This document shows, one piece after another, positions 44,040 to 52,873 of a DNA stretch of 64,000 bases. Source of the DNA: Planctomycetota bacterium (GTDB lineage: Bacteria > Planctomycetota > Planctomycetia > Planctomycetales > Planctomycetaceae); assembly GCA_963579025.1 (NCBI GenBank), contig CAUZFZ010000022.1, positions 15,459-79,458 on the forward strand, in the 5' to 3' direction. The notes beneath the pieces were generated by a model. It was given only the letters and a program-made list of their open reading frames with translations, had not been told where the DNA came from and did not search any database. Numbering within the stretch: position 1 is the stretch's first letter; every line of letters starts with the position of its first letter. Both the position numbers and the translations under genes were made by a program.

Positions 44040-45377
44040 CTAAGAAATGATCTCGCTGATGACCTGACTGTGTGCGTCGGTCAGTCGAACCGGCCGGCCA
44101 TCGGGCGTCTGCAGTGACTTGCCCGGGTCGATTCCCAGCAGTCGGTAAATCGTCGCGGAGAGATCTGACGGAGTGATCGGCCGATCTGCCGGGGATTCTC
44201 CCGTCGCGTCGCTGGTACCGATGACCTGCCCGCCTCGAACGCCGCCGCCAGCCAGAGCCACGCTGAAAACTCGAGGCCAGTGGTCGCGACCGGCACGGGC
44301 ATTGAGCTTCGGCGTGCGGCCGAATTCGCCCATCACGACAATCAGCGTTTCGTCGAGCAGTCCGCGTTCCGCCAGGTCATCGATCAGCGCCGTGAATGCG
44401 AGATCGAGCGTCGGCACCAGACCCACCGGGTTCTGAGCCCCGGTGAATCCGTCTTTCAATCGCGTCGTGAGATCCTCATGCGTGTCCCAGCCACGATGAT
44501 TGACGGTGACAAAGGGCACTCCGCGTTCGATCAACCGTCGAGCGAGCAGGCAGCTCTGACCCACGGTGCGGCGCCCGTATCGGTTGCGGACCTTGTCTGG
44601 TTCGTCATCAAGCTGAAAGGCCTGCCGGGCTTCCGGTGACGTGATCAGCCGCCAGGCCTGTCCCAGCACGGGATCCTCGATGCCGGCATGATCATCCGGC
44701 ACGGTGACGTCGCCCGATTCCAGTTGCCGCGTAAAGCGTTCCAGTTGCTGCACAAATTCGCGCCGGCGACCGAGACGTTCGAGCGGCAGACCAGCCGTCA
44801 GATCACGCACGGCGAAGTCCCGCTTCGCCGGATCGCTGCCTAACGAGAATGGAGCCACGCGACGCGGCAGAAAACCGTTGCCGCTGAATCGCCCGCCGCC
44901 GACACGGTAATCCGGTACGGCAATGTGAGCGGGTAGTGTGCCGGTTTCCGTCGTCAGCAAAGCCGCCGCCGAGCTGAAGGCCGGGTATTCAAGCACGGGC
45001 GTTGGGCGATAACCGCTCAACAGATAATGCGTCCCGAAGTTGTGTTCGCCCAGCGGTGAGGTCATCGAGCGAATAATGGCCACCTGATCCATACGCCGCG
45101 CGGTTTCCGGCAGACATTCGTTGAGCGTGACTCCCGCCAGGCTGGTTGAAATCGCGTCCAGAGGTCCACGCACTTCTGTTGGAGCGTCCGGTTTTGGATC
45201 CAGCGTCTCCAGATGACTGGGTCCACCATCCAGCCAGATCACCACGCAGTTCTTTGCGCGAACGTTCGATGCCTCGCCTGCCGGCGCTGCTCGCGAAGAA
45301 AGCAACTGCGACAGGCCGACTCCCAACGGAGCCAGTCCGCCCACCTGCAATGCGTCTCGACGAGAGAGTTGTTTCAT
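44040..45377 (-). CDS. DUF1501 protein with a Tat signal (orphan, with no adjacent DUF1553 partner)
   Basis: MKQLSRRDALQVGGLAPLGVGL twin-arginine n-region. Core conserved with 7146..8579 (GRDHW, IVVMGEFGRTP). Confidence 0.85.
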   Translation of the reverse strand: MKQLSRRDALQVGGLAPLGVGLSQLLSSRAAPAGEASNVRAKNCVVIWLDGGPSHLETLDPKPDAPTEVRGPLDAISTSLAGVTLNECLPETARRMDQVAIIRSMTSPLGEHNFGTHYLLSGYRPTPVLEYPAFSSAAALLTTETGTLPAHIAVPDYRVGGGRFSGNGFLPRRVAPFSLGSDPAKRDFAVRDLTAGLPLERLGRRREFVQQLERFTRQLESGDVTVPDDHAGIEDPVLGQAWRLITSPEARQAFQLDDEPDKVRNRYGRRTVGQSCLLARRLIERGVPFVTVNHRGWDTHEDLTTRLKDGFTGAQNPVGLVPTLDLAFTALIDDLAERGLLDETLIVVMGEFGRTPKLNARAGRDHWPRVFSVALAGGGVRGGQVIGTSDATGESPADRPITPSDLSATIYRLLGIDPGKSLQTPDGRPVRLTDAHSQVISEIIS

Positions 45378-45429
45378 ACGCTGCATGAGACACACAATAC
45401 TAGGTTTTCGCCAGAGAAATGAGGCTCAA

Positions 45430-47328
45430 ATGAATGCCGTCTGTTTCCGTCTGCGTCGATTGGCCCTGACGGTCATCTGTGTGGTGACCGCGGTAAGCGA
45501 CTCTGACGCCGCTCAACCGAACATCCTATGGCTCTCGTGTGAGGACATCAGCGCTCATCTGGGTTGCTACGGGTACCCGAATGCCAGAACGCCGAACCTC
45601 GACCGACTCGCCGAACAGGGCGTGCGGTACACACATGCGTTCGTGACTGCTGGAGTCTGCGCTCCGTGCCGGTCGGCAATCATTACGAGCATGTATCAGA
45701 CGACACTGGGCACACACCACATGCGGTGCAACGCGAAGCTGCCCGAGCACGTCCGGCCATTCACGAGTGAACTCCGCGAGGCAGGCTATTACTGCACGAA
45801 CAACTCGAAGCAGGACTATCAGTTCAAGACGCCGGCCGGGACGTGGGATGTCTCCAGCGGTAAGGCGCACTGGAAGAATCGTCCGAAAAAGGATCAGCCG
45901 TTTTTCGCGGTCTTCAACTACACCGGCTGTCACGAATCCGGCATCGCCAGCGCATCGAAGTACAAGAGCGTGACAAAGGGCATCGAGCCGATCGACCGGG
46001 CCGTGGCCGTGAAGTCACTCCCGCCGTACTACCCGGATACGCCGGTCACGCGCGAAGACTGGGGCCGCTACTACGACGTGATTACCGCCATGGACCGCTG
46101 GGTTGGCGAGCATCTGAAAGCCCTCGACGAATCCGGCCTCGCGGACAACACGATCGTCATCTACTGGTCGGATCACGGGGTCGGTCTGCCGCGAGCCAAA
46201 CGCTGGTTGTACGACTCGGGCATGCACGTGCCGCTGATCGTGCGCATCCCGGAAAAGCTGCGAGTCGACGGGCAAGGTGAACCAGGCACGGTGTCGGATC
46301 GGATGATCAGCCTGATCGATCTCGGTCCGACGACACTCAACCTGGCCGATGTGGGCGTACCACATCACGTGCAGGGGCGACCTTTCCTGGGCACTCACCT
46401 GCCCGCCCCGCGAGACTATGTGTTCGGCGCTCGTGACCGCATGGACGAGCGGTACGACATCATCCGGGCTGTTCGCGATCGTCGCTTCAAGTACATCCGC
46501 AATTACGAGCCGTTCAAGACCTACTACCAGTACATGAACACTCCAGAGAAGGGAGCGACGATGCGGGAAATCCGCCGCGTGCAGGCGGACGACTCGGCCA
46601 GCAGGGATGTCGACCGGTTCCTCGCTCCGTTCAAGGAAACCGAAGAGCTGTACGACACCAAGGCCGATCCTCACGAGATGCACAATCTGGCAGCTTCCCC
46701 CGAACACCGGGAAGTCCTGAACCGACTGCGGCAGGCGCATCTGGACTGGGTACTGGCGACCCGCGATCTGGGCCTTGTCCCGGAAGCTGAGATCAACGCA
46801 CGGCAGGCAAAACTCGGTAGCCCGTGGGACATCTTGAATGGCAGGGATTCTGAATTGCTCATTCGACGTCTGCGTGACGCTGCGTCGCTTTCGCTGCAGG
46901 GACAGGACAACATTCCCCGCATGACCAGGCTGTTGATCGACCCGGATTCGACCGTTCGATACTGGGGCGCCGTGGGGCTCGGCAATCTCGGTGAGTTGGC
47001 GCGGAGTGCGGAAGCGGCTCTTGAAGCCGTTCTGAATGATGAGTCTGAGAATGTCCGGACCGCAGCCGCCCGTGCTCTGTGCCGCATGGATCGACCGGTG
47101 AAAGCACTGCCAGTCCTGGTCGATGTGCTCGACAACGGATCGCAATGGGCTCGCGTGCATGCGGCGAACGTGCTGGACGAACTGGACGAGCAGGCCCGAC
47201 CCGTCATCGAGGCTATGCGGCGCAACAAGGCGTACCGCAAAGGCTTCGTCGCCCAGGGCAAGTACACGGTTCGCGTTCTGAACCGGGCTCTGAACGAATT
47301 ACAGGGCACGAACAACTCGGTTCCGTAA
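45430..47328 (+). CDS. Sulfatase-family protein with a C-terminal HEAT-repeat extension (paralogue of 17398..19317)
   Basis: Signal peptide MNAVCFRLRRLALTVICVVTAVS. Canonical FGly motif CAPCR in AGVCAPCRSAIITS. HEAT-like C-terminus (DPDSTVRYWGAVGLGNLGE, ENVRTAAARALCRMD, SQWARVHAANVLDEL). Confidence 0.85.
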   Translation: MNAVCFRLRRLALTVICVVTAVSDSDAAQPNILWLSCEDISAHLGCYGYPNARTPNLDRLAEQGVRYTHAFVTAGVCAPCRSAIITSMYQTTLGTHHMRCNAKLPEHVRPFTSELREAGYYCTNNSKQDYQFKTPAGTWDVSSGKAHWKNRPKKDQPFFAVFNYTGCHESGIASASKYKSVTKGIEPIDRAVAVKSLPPYYPDTPVTREDWGRYYDVITAMDRWVGEHLKALDESGLADNTIVIYWSDHGVGLPRAKRWLYDSGMHVPLIVRIPEKLRVDGQGEPGTVSDRMISLIDLGPTTLNLADVGVPHHVQGRPFLGTHLPAPRDYVFGARDRMDERYDIIRAVRDRRFKYIRNYEPFKTYYQYMNTPEKGATMREIRRVQADDSASRDVDRFLAPFKETEELYDTKADPHEMHNLAASPEHREVLNRLRQAHLDWVLATRDLGLVPEAEINARQAKLGSPWDILNGRDSELLIRRLRDAASLSLQGQDNIPRMTRLLIDPDSTVRYWGAVGLGNLGELARSAEAALEAVLNDESENVRTAAARALCRMDRPVKALPVLVDVLDNGSQWARVHAANVLDELDEQARPVIEAMRRNKAYRKGFVAQGKYTVRVLNRALNELQGTNNSVP

Positions 47329-47353
47329 CGCCCAGACTCGACCGTGTCGGCGA

Positions 47354-47370
47354 CCGGGATACAATCCCGG
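47354..47370 (+). terminator. Short GC hairpin (CCGGGAT-ACA-ATCCCGG) after the sulfatase stop. Weak terminator candidate.
   Basis: 7-bp stem, 3-nt loop, 26 nt past the stop codon. No clear T-tract. Confidence 0.25.
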
Positions 47371-47419
47371 GACTTCACGAAATCAACCACCCGGAATTCC
47401 GGAAACTCAGGAGCGACAC

Positions 47420-49714
47420 ATGGCGACTGCGGAAAAACCGAAATACAAGGTCATCGGAACTCGGCCCATCCGTCACGATGGAGTCGACAAGGTCACCGGT
47501 AACGCGAAGTACGGAGCCGACATCCGACTGAGCGGGATGCTGCACGCCATCATGCTCCGCAGCCCGCACGCGCACGCGAAGATCAAGAGCATCGACACGT
47601 CAAAGGCCGAGGCGCTACCCGGCGTGCGAGCGATCGTGACGAACACAGATCTGCCCGAGCAGGGCGATCGGGTCGTCGAGCTGGGCGAAGGAGCCGTCAA
47701 CATGCGGCACCTGCAGGCCAACGTGCTGGCGAAAGATAAAGTTCTGTATCGGGGCCACGCCATCGCCGCCGTCGCGGCCGACAACGTTCACATTGCCGAA
47801 GAAGCCGTAAGCCTGATTGAGGTCGACTACGAAGTTCTCTCGCCGGTGCTCGATGTGCGTGCGGCGATGAGTGACGACGCTCCCGTACTGAACGACGACG
47901 TGCGCACCGAATCGCTCGGCTCGCATCCGTCCGACGACGATCAGTCGGCGGCAACCAACGTCGCGAAGCACTTCGTTTTCGAGAAGGGTGATCCGGCGCA
48001 GGGTTTCGAAGCGGCCGACATCGTGATCGAGCGTGAATTCCACACGGCAACCGTGCATCAGGGATACATCGAACCTCACAACGCGACAGCGCAGTGGAAC
48101 GCCGACGGCAAAGTCACCGTGTGGACCAGCACACAGGGCTCGTTCAGCGTCCGGCATCAGACGGCAGAACTGTGCGGCATTGCGATCTCGGACGTCAAAG
48201 TCATCCCGATGGAAATCGGCGGCGGATTCGGCGGCAAAATCTCGGTTTACCTGCAACCGGTGGCCGCGCTGCTGTCAAAGAAAACCGGCCGCCCTGTGAA
48301 GCTGATCATGGACCGGGCTGCGGTGTTTGAAGCGACCGGTCCGACGCCGGGCTCGTACGTCCGAGTGAAACTCGGTGCGACAAAAGACGGCAAGCTGGTC
48401 GCCGGTGATGCATGGATCGCCTTCGAAGCCGGAGCCTATCCCGGTTCACCGATCGCTCCCGGTTGCATGTGTGTCTTCGCTCCGTACGAAATGCCGCACG
48501 CTCATGTCGAGGGTTTCGATGTCTGCGTCAATAAGCCTCGCTCGAACGCTTATCGAGCGCCTGGCTCAACCCATGTGGCGATGGCGACGGAGACGGTCGT
48601 CGACGAAATCTGCGAAAAACTGCAGATGGACCCGGCTGAATTCCGACTGCTGAACGCCGCGAAAGAGGGAACACGTCGCGTCGATGGTCCGGTCTTCGCG
48701 CGAGTCGGGATGGAAGAAACTGTCGAGGCGATCAAGCTGAGTGACCACTATCAGTCTCCGCTGGAAGGACCGCATCGCGGCCGCGGAATCGCGACTGGAT
48801 TCTGGTTCAACTGCGGGCTGAAGTCAGCGGCTTCGGCGACAGTCAATCCGGACGGCACAGTCTCGCTGCTTGTAGGCACGACAGACATCGGTGGTTCGCG
48901 AGCCAGCCTGGCCATGCAACTTGCCGAAACGCTGGGCATCACGGCCGAGCAGGTCAAACCGACCGTCGCCGATACGGACAGTGTGGGCTACAACGACGTG
49001 ACTGGCGGCAGTCGTGTGACCTTCGCAACGGGAATTGCCGCGATCGAAGCCGGCAAGGACATTCAACGGCAGATGGTCGATCGCGCCGCCATGATCTGGG
49101 ACGTCGACGCGGCGAACGTGAAGTTCGAAGACGGTCAGATCATCGGCCCGGGCGACAACCGATTCACGTTTGGCGAACTGGCCGCGAAAATCAACCCGAC
49201 TGGCGGAGCAATCGTTGGTCGGGGCACATCCAGCGAAGCGACTCAGGGCGGTGCCTTCGGAACACATTGCGTCGATGTGGAAGTCGATCCCGACACAGGC
49301 AAAGTGCAGGTTCTGCGTTACACGGTGGCCCAGGACGTCGGGACTGCGATCCATCCCAGCTATGTCGAAGGCCAGTTGCAGGGCGGAGCCGTCCAGGGCA
49401 TCGGTTGGGCATTGAACGAGGAGTACTGGTACGACGAAGAGGGTTCGATGCGGAACGCGTCGTATCTCGACTACCGCATCCCGACGGCGTACGACCTGCC
49501 GATGATCGACACGATTCTGGTCGAGGTCCCCGATCCGCAGCATCCCTATGGAGTTCGCGGCGTAGGCGAAGTCCCCATCTGCCCACCACCGCCAGCAATC
49601 GCCAACGCCATCTACGCGGCCACCGGAGTCCGCATGCGAGACCTGCCCATGTCCCCACCAAAAGTCTGCAAAGAAATCCTGAAACAACGAGCCGGCGGCA
49701 ACGGCCATTCCTGA
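47420..49714 (+). CDS. Xanthine dehydrogenase / aldehyde oxidase family molybdopterin-binding large subunit
   Basis: N-terminal a/b-hammerhead (YKVIGTRPIRHDGVDKVTGNAKYGADI). Conserved Mo-pterin domain motifs (GGGFGGK, TQGSFSVRHQ). AGGAG RBS 6 nt upstream. No [2Fe-2S] or FAD subunit genes adjacent. Confidence 0.85.
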   Translation: MATAEKPKYKVIGTRPIRHDGVDKVTGNAKYGADIRLSGMLHAIMLRSPHAHAKIKSIDTSKAEALPGVRAIVTNTDLPEQGDRVVELGEGAVNMRHLQANVLAKDKVLYRGHAIAAVAADNVHIAEEAVSLIEVDYEVLSPVLDVRAAMSDDAPVLNDDVRTESLGSHPSDDDQSAATNVAKHFVFEKGDPAQGFEAADIVIEREFHTATVHQGYIEPHNATAQWNADGKVTVWTSTQGSFSVRHQTAELCGIAISDVKVIPMEIGGGFGGKISVYLQPVAALLSKKTGRPVKLIMDRAAVFEATGPTPGSYVRVKLGATKDGKLVAGDAWIAFEAGAYPGSPIAPGCMCVFAPYEMPHAHVEGFDVCVNKPRSNAYRAPGSTHVAMATETVVDEICEKLQMDPAEFRLLNAAKEGTRRVDGPVFARVGMEETVEAIKLSDHYQSPLEGPHRGRGIATGFWFNCGLKSAASATVNPDGTVSLLVGTTDIGGSRASLAMQLAETLGITAEQVKPTVADTDSVGYNDVTGGSRVTFATGIAAIEAGKDIQRQMVDRAAMIWDVDAANVKFEDGQIIGPGDNRFTFGELAAKINPTGGAIVGRGTSSEATQGGAFGTHCVDVEVDPDTGKVQVLRYTVAQDVGTAIHPSYVEGQLQGGAVQGIGWALNEEYWYDEEGSMRNASYLDYRIPTAYDLPMIDTILVEVPDPQHPYGVRGVGEVPICPPPPAIANAIYAATGVRMRDLPMSPPKVCKEILKQRAGGNGHS

Positions 49715-49765
49715 AAACGTGGACTCACAATCCTTCTTTGCGACAGCCTGTCGCACAGAACACCG

Positions 49766-50143
49766 TTGGGCGGCCCTGAGCGTATTGGAGGCGGCGTGTC
49801 TGAACTCCACGACATCGCATTTGCAAAGGCAGGTCTCTGGCAGCTCGCGCTGTTGGGCTGCGTCGCATGTATTGCCTACGCGGCCCGCGATCGCCGCGTG
49901 GCACTCTTTGGCGGCTTCGGTCTCTTTCTTGGGTTCGTTATTCCACGACGTCGTGTGTACGCCAACTTTAGTTCCGTTGAAGGTGCATTTATCGGCGCGC
50001 TCAACGACATCGCCGATCATCTCGTGTTTTGGGCTTTCGTTGGTGCCGCCGTCGGCAGTTGCGTTGGTTTGTGGCTCGCGCTGCGGCAGAAATCACGAGC
50101 GATCGCGTCTAATGTTCCTCTGAATCCCAGCGTCCCTCAGTAG
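49766..50143 (+). CDS. Small hypothetical membrane protein
   Basis: Three hydrophobic segments (LWQLALLGCVACIAYAA, ALFGGFGLFLGFVI, VFWAFVGAAVGSCVGLWLAL). Start uncertain. Confidence 0.35.
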   Translation: MGGPERIGGGVSELHDIAFAKAGLWQLALLGCVACIAYAARDRRVALFGGFGLFLGFVIPRRRVYANFSSVEGAFIGALNDIADHLVFWAFVGAAVGSCVGLWLALRQKSRAIASNVPLNPSVPQ

Positions 50144-50270
50144 TCCGGGCCGCCCAACATGGCATGGCCGCAGAGGTTTGGCATCCATGCCAAATACGCC
50201 TTCCCACTTCATCGATCGCGGGCTCTGCCATCAGGATTGTTTGCTCAGGCCACGCGTTCCGGCTCCGTCG

Positions 50271-50300
50271 AGGGGCGGCGTCGGCCATGCATCCCGTTGG
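50271..50300 (+). promoter_or_regulatory. Conserved upstream motif copy 1: AGGGGCGGCGTCGG-N9-CCGTTGG
   Basis: The identical 14-mer and 7-mer with identical spacing recur at 51825..51854. Each copy precedes one of the two genes of the lower-GC islet. A GGAAC-N17-CTGTC (ECF-promoter-like) lies just downstream at ~50306-50335. Confidence 0.45.
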
Positions 50301-50358
50301 GCGAGCGGAACGCTCGCATAACCGCGCACTGTCAAATACTAGTGGTCCTCTCTTGCCT

Positions 50359-51669
50359 ATGAAGATTGACTGGAAACGACTGGAAGACGCCTACGCCGCT
50401 CAGGCAGAGCGAGAAATTCTCAAGCTGATGCGAGGGAATCCCGCTCACGCGCTTTATGCGGTTGCGCTTCACGGGTCGTATCGAGAACTTGACGGGGAAA
50501 TATGCTTACCCTGTTTAGCAGCAAATAGCATTGAAACACTTCGAGATCAGCAAGGTTGCGACGAGGTTGAATATGACTTTGGCCCGCCCAACTGGGATTG
50601 GTGCGGGATCATCCTCGAAACGAAGGAGCTCAATCGGCTTGCCACCGCTTTACAGGACGAAGCGACTCGCAGCACGCAAAACCATTGGTACAAAACCGAG
50701 AAGCGTTTTATCTCGACGATGGTCCGCGTGACAAAAAGACTGTATGCAATCCTCAAGGAAAGAAAGCAGACGACCAGCGACTTCGTTGTATTCTTCGACG
50801 ACGAACAGGGAGACCTTGACCTGATCCGCAAGTGTATTCCTAAATCTCTCTTCCTGAAACATTTTCCCGATCAAGACCTTGAAGAAAAGCGCCGACGCAA
50901 GCTTACCGCATCGCCAATCTCGAAGAAGCTGAAAACGTACCTTAGCGATATGTGGGAATTTCAGGCAGAAGTCGTACAGCTTGGCGAAGGTGCGGTCGAT
51001 GGCTTGATTGCGAACTTGAAAAGCAGCGAAGACGGTTGGATGGCAGCCAGTCTGCTGGGGCAAATCGGAGTGTCGAGCGACAAAGTGATCCGTGCACTTC
51101 GTCGTGAAGTCCGCCGGTCCAGTGCTGCCGCGATGCAGAGTGCCAGTGCCCTCGGCGTGCTGGGAGACACAAAATATCTTCTCAAGCTTACAGATGACGA
51201 TGTAACTCGCGAAAACGCGATTAGTGGCTTAACGGCGCCCTATCAGGCTGGCGAATGCGTAAAGCCCATACCTCTGGACTATCGCCTCCTTGAACGTCTT
51301 GTTGAAAAGAAGTGTTCAAAATGCACTCGTATGGTAAAGAAAGAGCTGGCTCCTGGAACCAGTTATTGCGACATCGCGGTTTCGGACATTGACGAGGCAA
51401 TTCGTGGTCTTCAATCGCCTCATCTTGTGATCCGTCAACATGCGGTTTGCGTCCTTGGAGAAAGAAGTCTGGGTAAGACCGCTGCAAAACGAATTCTACC
51501 AGCGTTGGCTGAGAAACTTCGGGACCGGCACGCGAACGTCAGGCGACTTGCGATTTGGAACATCTCCTATTGGAAATCTGCGGCAAAGCCATATCGCTTG
51601 GAAATCAGAAAGCTAATCAAAGATAGCGACCCAGATGTTCGATCCACTGCGCGACATGTCTTGTCCTGA
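50359..51669 (+). CDS. Hypothetical protein with an N-terminal uncharacterised domain and C-terminal HEAT-like repeats, in lower-GC DNA
   Basis: Track ORF 50164..51669. The start ATG is at 50359 (MKIDWKRLEDAYAAQ...), where the GC content drops to roughly 50 %. The C-terminus has HEAT/PBS-lyase-like repeats (ILPALAEKLRDRHANVRRLAIWNI, IKDSDPDVRSTARHVL). Confidence 0.55.
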   Translation: MKIDWKRLEDAYAAQAEREILKLMRGNPAHALYAVALHGSYRELDGEICLPCLAANSIETLRDQQGCDEVEYDFGPPNWDWCGIILETKELNRLATALQDEATRSTQNHWYKTEKRFISTMVRVTKRLYAILKERKQTTSDFVVFFDDEQGDLDLIRKCIPKSLFLKHFPDQDLEEKRRRKLTASPISKKLKTYLSDMWEFQAEVVQLGEGAVDGLIANLKSSEDGWMAASLLGQIGVSSDKVIRALRREVRRSSAAAMQSASALGVLGDTKYLLKLTDDDVTRENAISGLTAPYQAGECVKPIPLDYRLLERLVEKKCSKCTRMVKKELAPGTSYCDIAVSDIDEAIRGLQSPHLVIRQHAVCVLGERSLGKTAAKRILPALAEKLRDRHANVRRLAIWNISYWKSAAKPYRLEIRKLIKDSDPDVRSTARHVLS

Positions 51670-51824
51670 GTTTGGGGACAACTTGAACTCAGCGGTAGAT
51701 GCGCTCCCTCGACGACGCCCAACACGGCACATCCGCAAGGCCGCTACGCGGACGCCTTCGGTGTAGTTCAATCCGCGGTCTCGTAATACAATCAATTGGT
51801 CATTCGACGCTTTCAGCTTCGGTC

Positions 51825-51854
51825 AGGGGCGGCGTCGGATGTGCCAACCGTTGG
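51825..51854 (+). promoter_or_regulatory. Conserved upstream motif copy 2: AGGGGCGGCGTCGG-N9-CCGTTGG
   Basis: See copy 1. Overlaps the track's ATG at 51839. A likelier start for the LRR gene is ATG 51863 or 51872. Confidence 0.45.
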
Positions 51855-51862
51855 CCGTGCAC

Positions 51863-52486
51863 ATGATCACGATGCGAAGGTCGCGAATCATAGCCCTGCT
51901 GGCAGTCGCCGTTTTCGTAGTCGTCGCCGCACCGCTCGTCAGCCGTATCTATCAAGCGCTCCGCTTGTACGAACATGTCGGTCACGTCGCTGCCACAATA
52001 CGATCGTTCCACTCAAGACGCCCTTTAGACGTACCAGAAGAACAATGGAATAAGGCTGTGGATTGGACAGCGAATGTGATCTATCAGGACTTTTTCGCAC
52101 CGAATCCCGAAGAAGTTTCTGGATTAGAGAGACTGTCGCGAGGACTCGACCAGAGGGCCAAAGGCGACGTCGATCTTGGTACGCTCAGGTGGATTTGGGA
52201 TGAGTGCGAAAACGCATGCGGTGGTCCTGACAGCTATGGCATTCGTTTCAGGAATGTCAAGTTACTGACAAAAGGGACGATCACCGACGCACGCTTGCCT
52301 GAAGTCTGGTCGTTGCCGCGTTGCACGGCGCTTGATCTTAGCGGAACTGCAATCACTGACGCTTCTGTTCCGTATCTTGTCACGCTAACACAACTGGAGT
52401 GGTTCGACATTTGCGATACTCGCATCACGGACAAAGGCGTGGAAGAACTTCAAGAGGGACTTCCAAAGTGCAAAGTATTCCATTGA
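51863..52486 (+). CDS. Membrane-anchored leucine-rich-repeat (LRR) protein
   Basis: N-terminal TM (RRSRIIALLAVAVFVVVAAPLV). C-terminal LRRs (LPRCTALDLSGTAITDASVPYLVTLTQLEWFDICDTRITDKGVEELQEGLPKCKV). Lower GC than surrounding genes. Confidence 0.6.
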   Translation: MITMRRSRIIALLAVAVFVVVAAPLVSRIYQALRLYEHVGHVAATIRSFHSRRPLDVPEEQWNKAVDWTANVIYQDFFAPNPEEVSGLERLSRGLDQRAKGDVDLGTLRWIWDECENACGGPDSYGIRFRNVKLLTKGTITDARLPEVWSLPRCTALDLSGTAITDASVPYLVTLTQLEWFDICDTRITDKGVEELQEGLPKCKVFH

Positions 52487-52873
52487 CCGGGCCAACAATT
52501 AAGGATTTGAAGTCGGCGGGTGTGGACGTTGATCTCGGTTGAAGCATCGTTCCGCCCGACTTCACATCCCTGTTCAACGGAGCCGGATACTGCTCGTGCG
52601 GCGGTTAACGCTCTCAGGGTATTACTTCGGCCGGAGCGAGTCAGGAATGCGGGCCGACGTCGACCGTTGGGTCGGATCGCTGGACTTCTTGACCGGCCAA
52701 TTTGCTCCAGAAGGATTTGACTTCGTTGTGTACGGGAATGATCCCCGTGTTCGTTACCTGTCAGAACGGTTCGCACCCCATCCGTGTCACGCCACAACGG
52801 TTGGCGGCAATTAAATTGCTCCGTGAATTATCCACACGCGGACGCCGTGCCGCGTGGTGCTCTGGTTCCGGTC

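Noticed and set aside
48824-50020. 398-aa minus-strand ORF
   Set aside because: Antisense to the XDH-family large-subunit gene, which has strong family motifs. Its composition is Arg/Ala/Gly-rich with no domain signal. Shadow ORF.
51683-51800. Possible tRNA gene in the islet intergenic region (CTCAGCGGTAGATGCGC D-arm-like, GTTCAATCC T-loop-like)
   Set aside because: I could not fold a complete cloverleaf. There is no complementary acceptor stem, the D-stem does not pair, and the T-stem flanks are not complementary. At most it is a degraded tRNA fragment, mentioned under the islet finding.
52508-52564. Imperfect long-loop inverted repeat TGAAGTCGGCGGG...CCGCCCGACTTCA after the LRR gene
   Set aside because: The 9-bp perfect stem has a ~30-nt loop and no T-tract. 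It could be a weak terminator in the convergent intergenic region, but the evidence is too thin to call.
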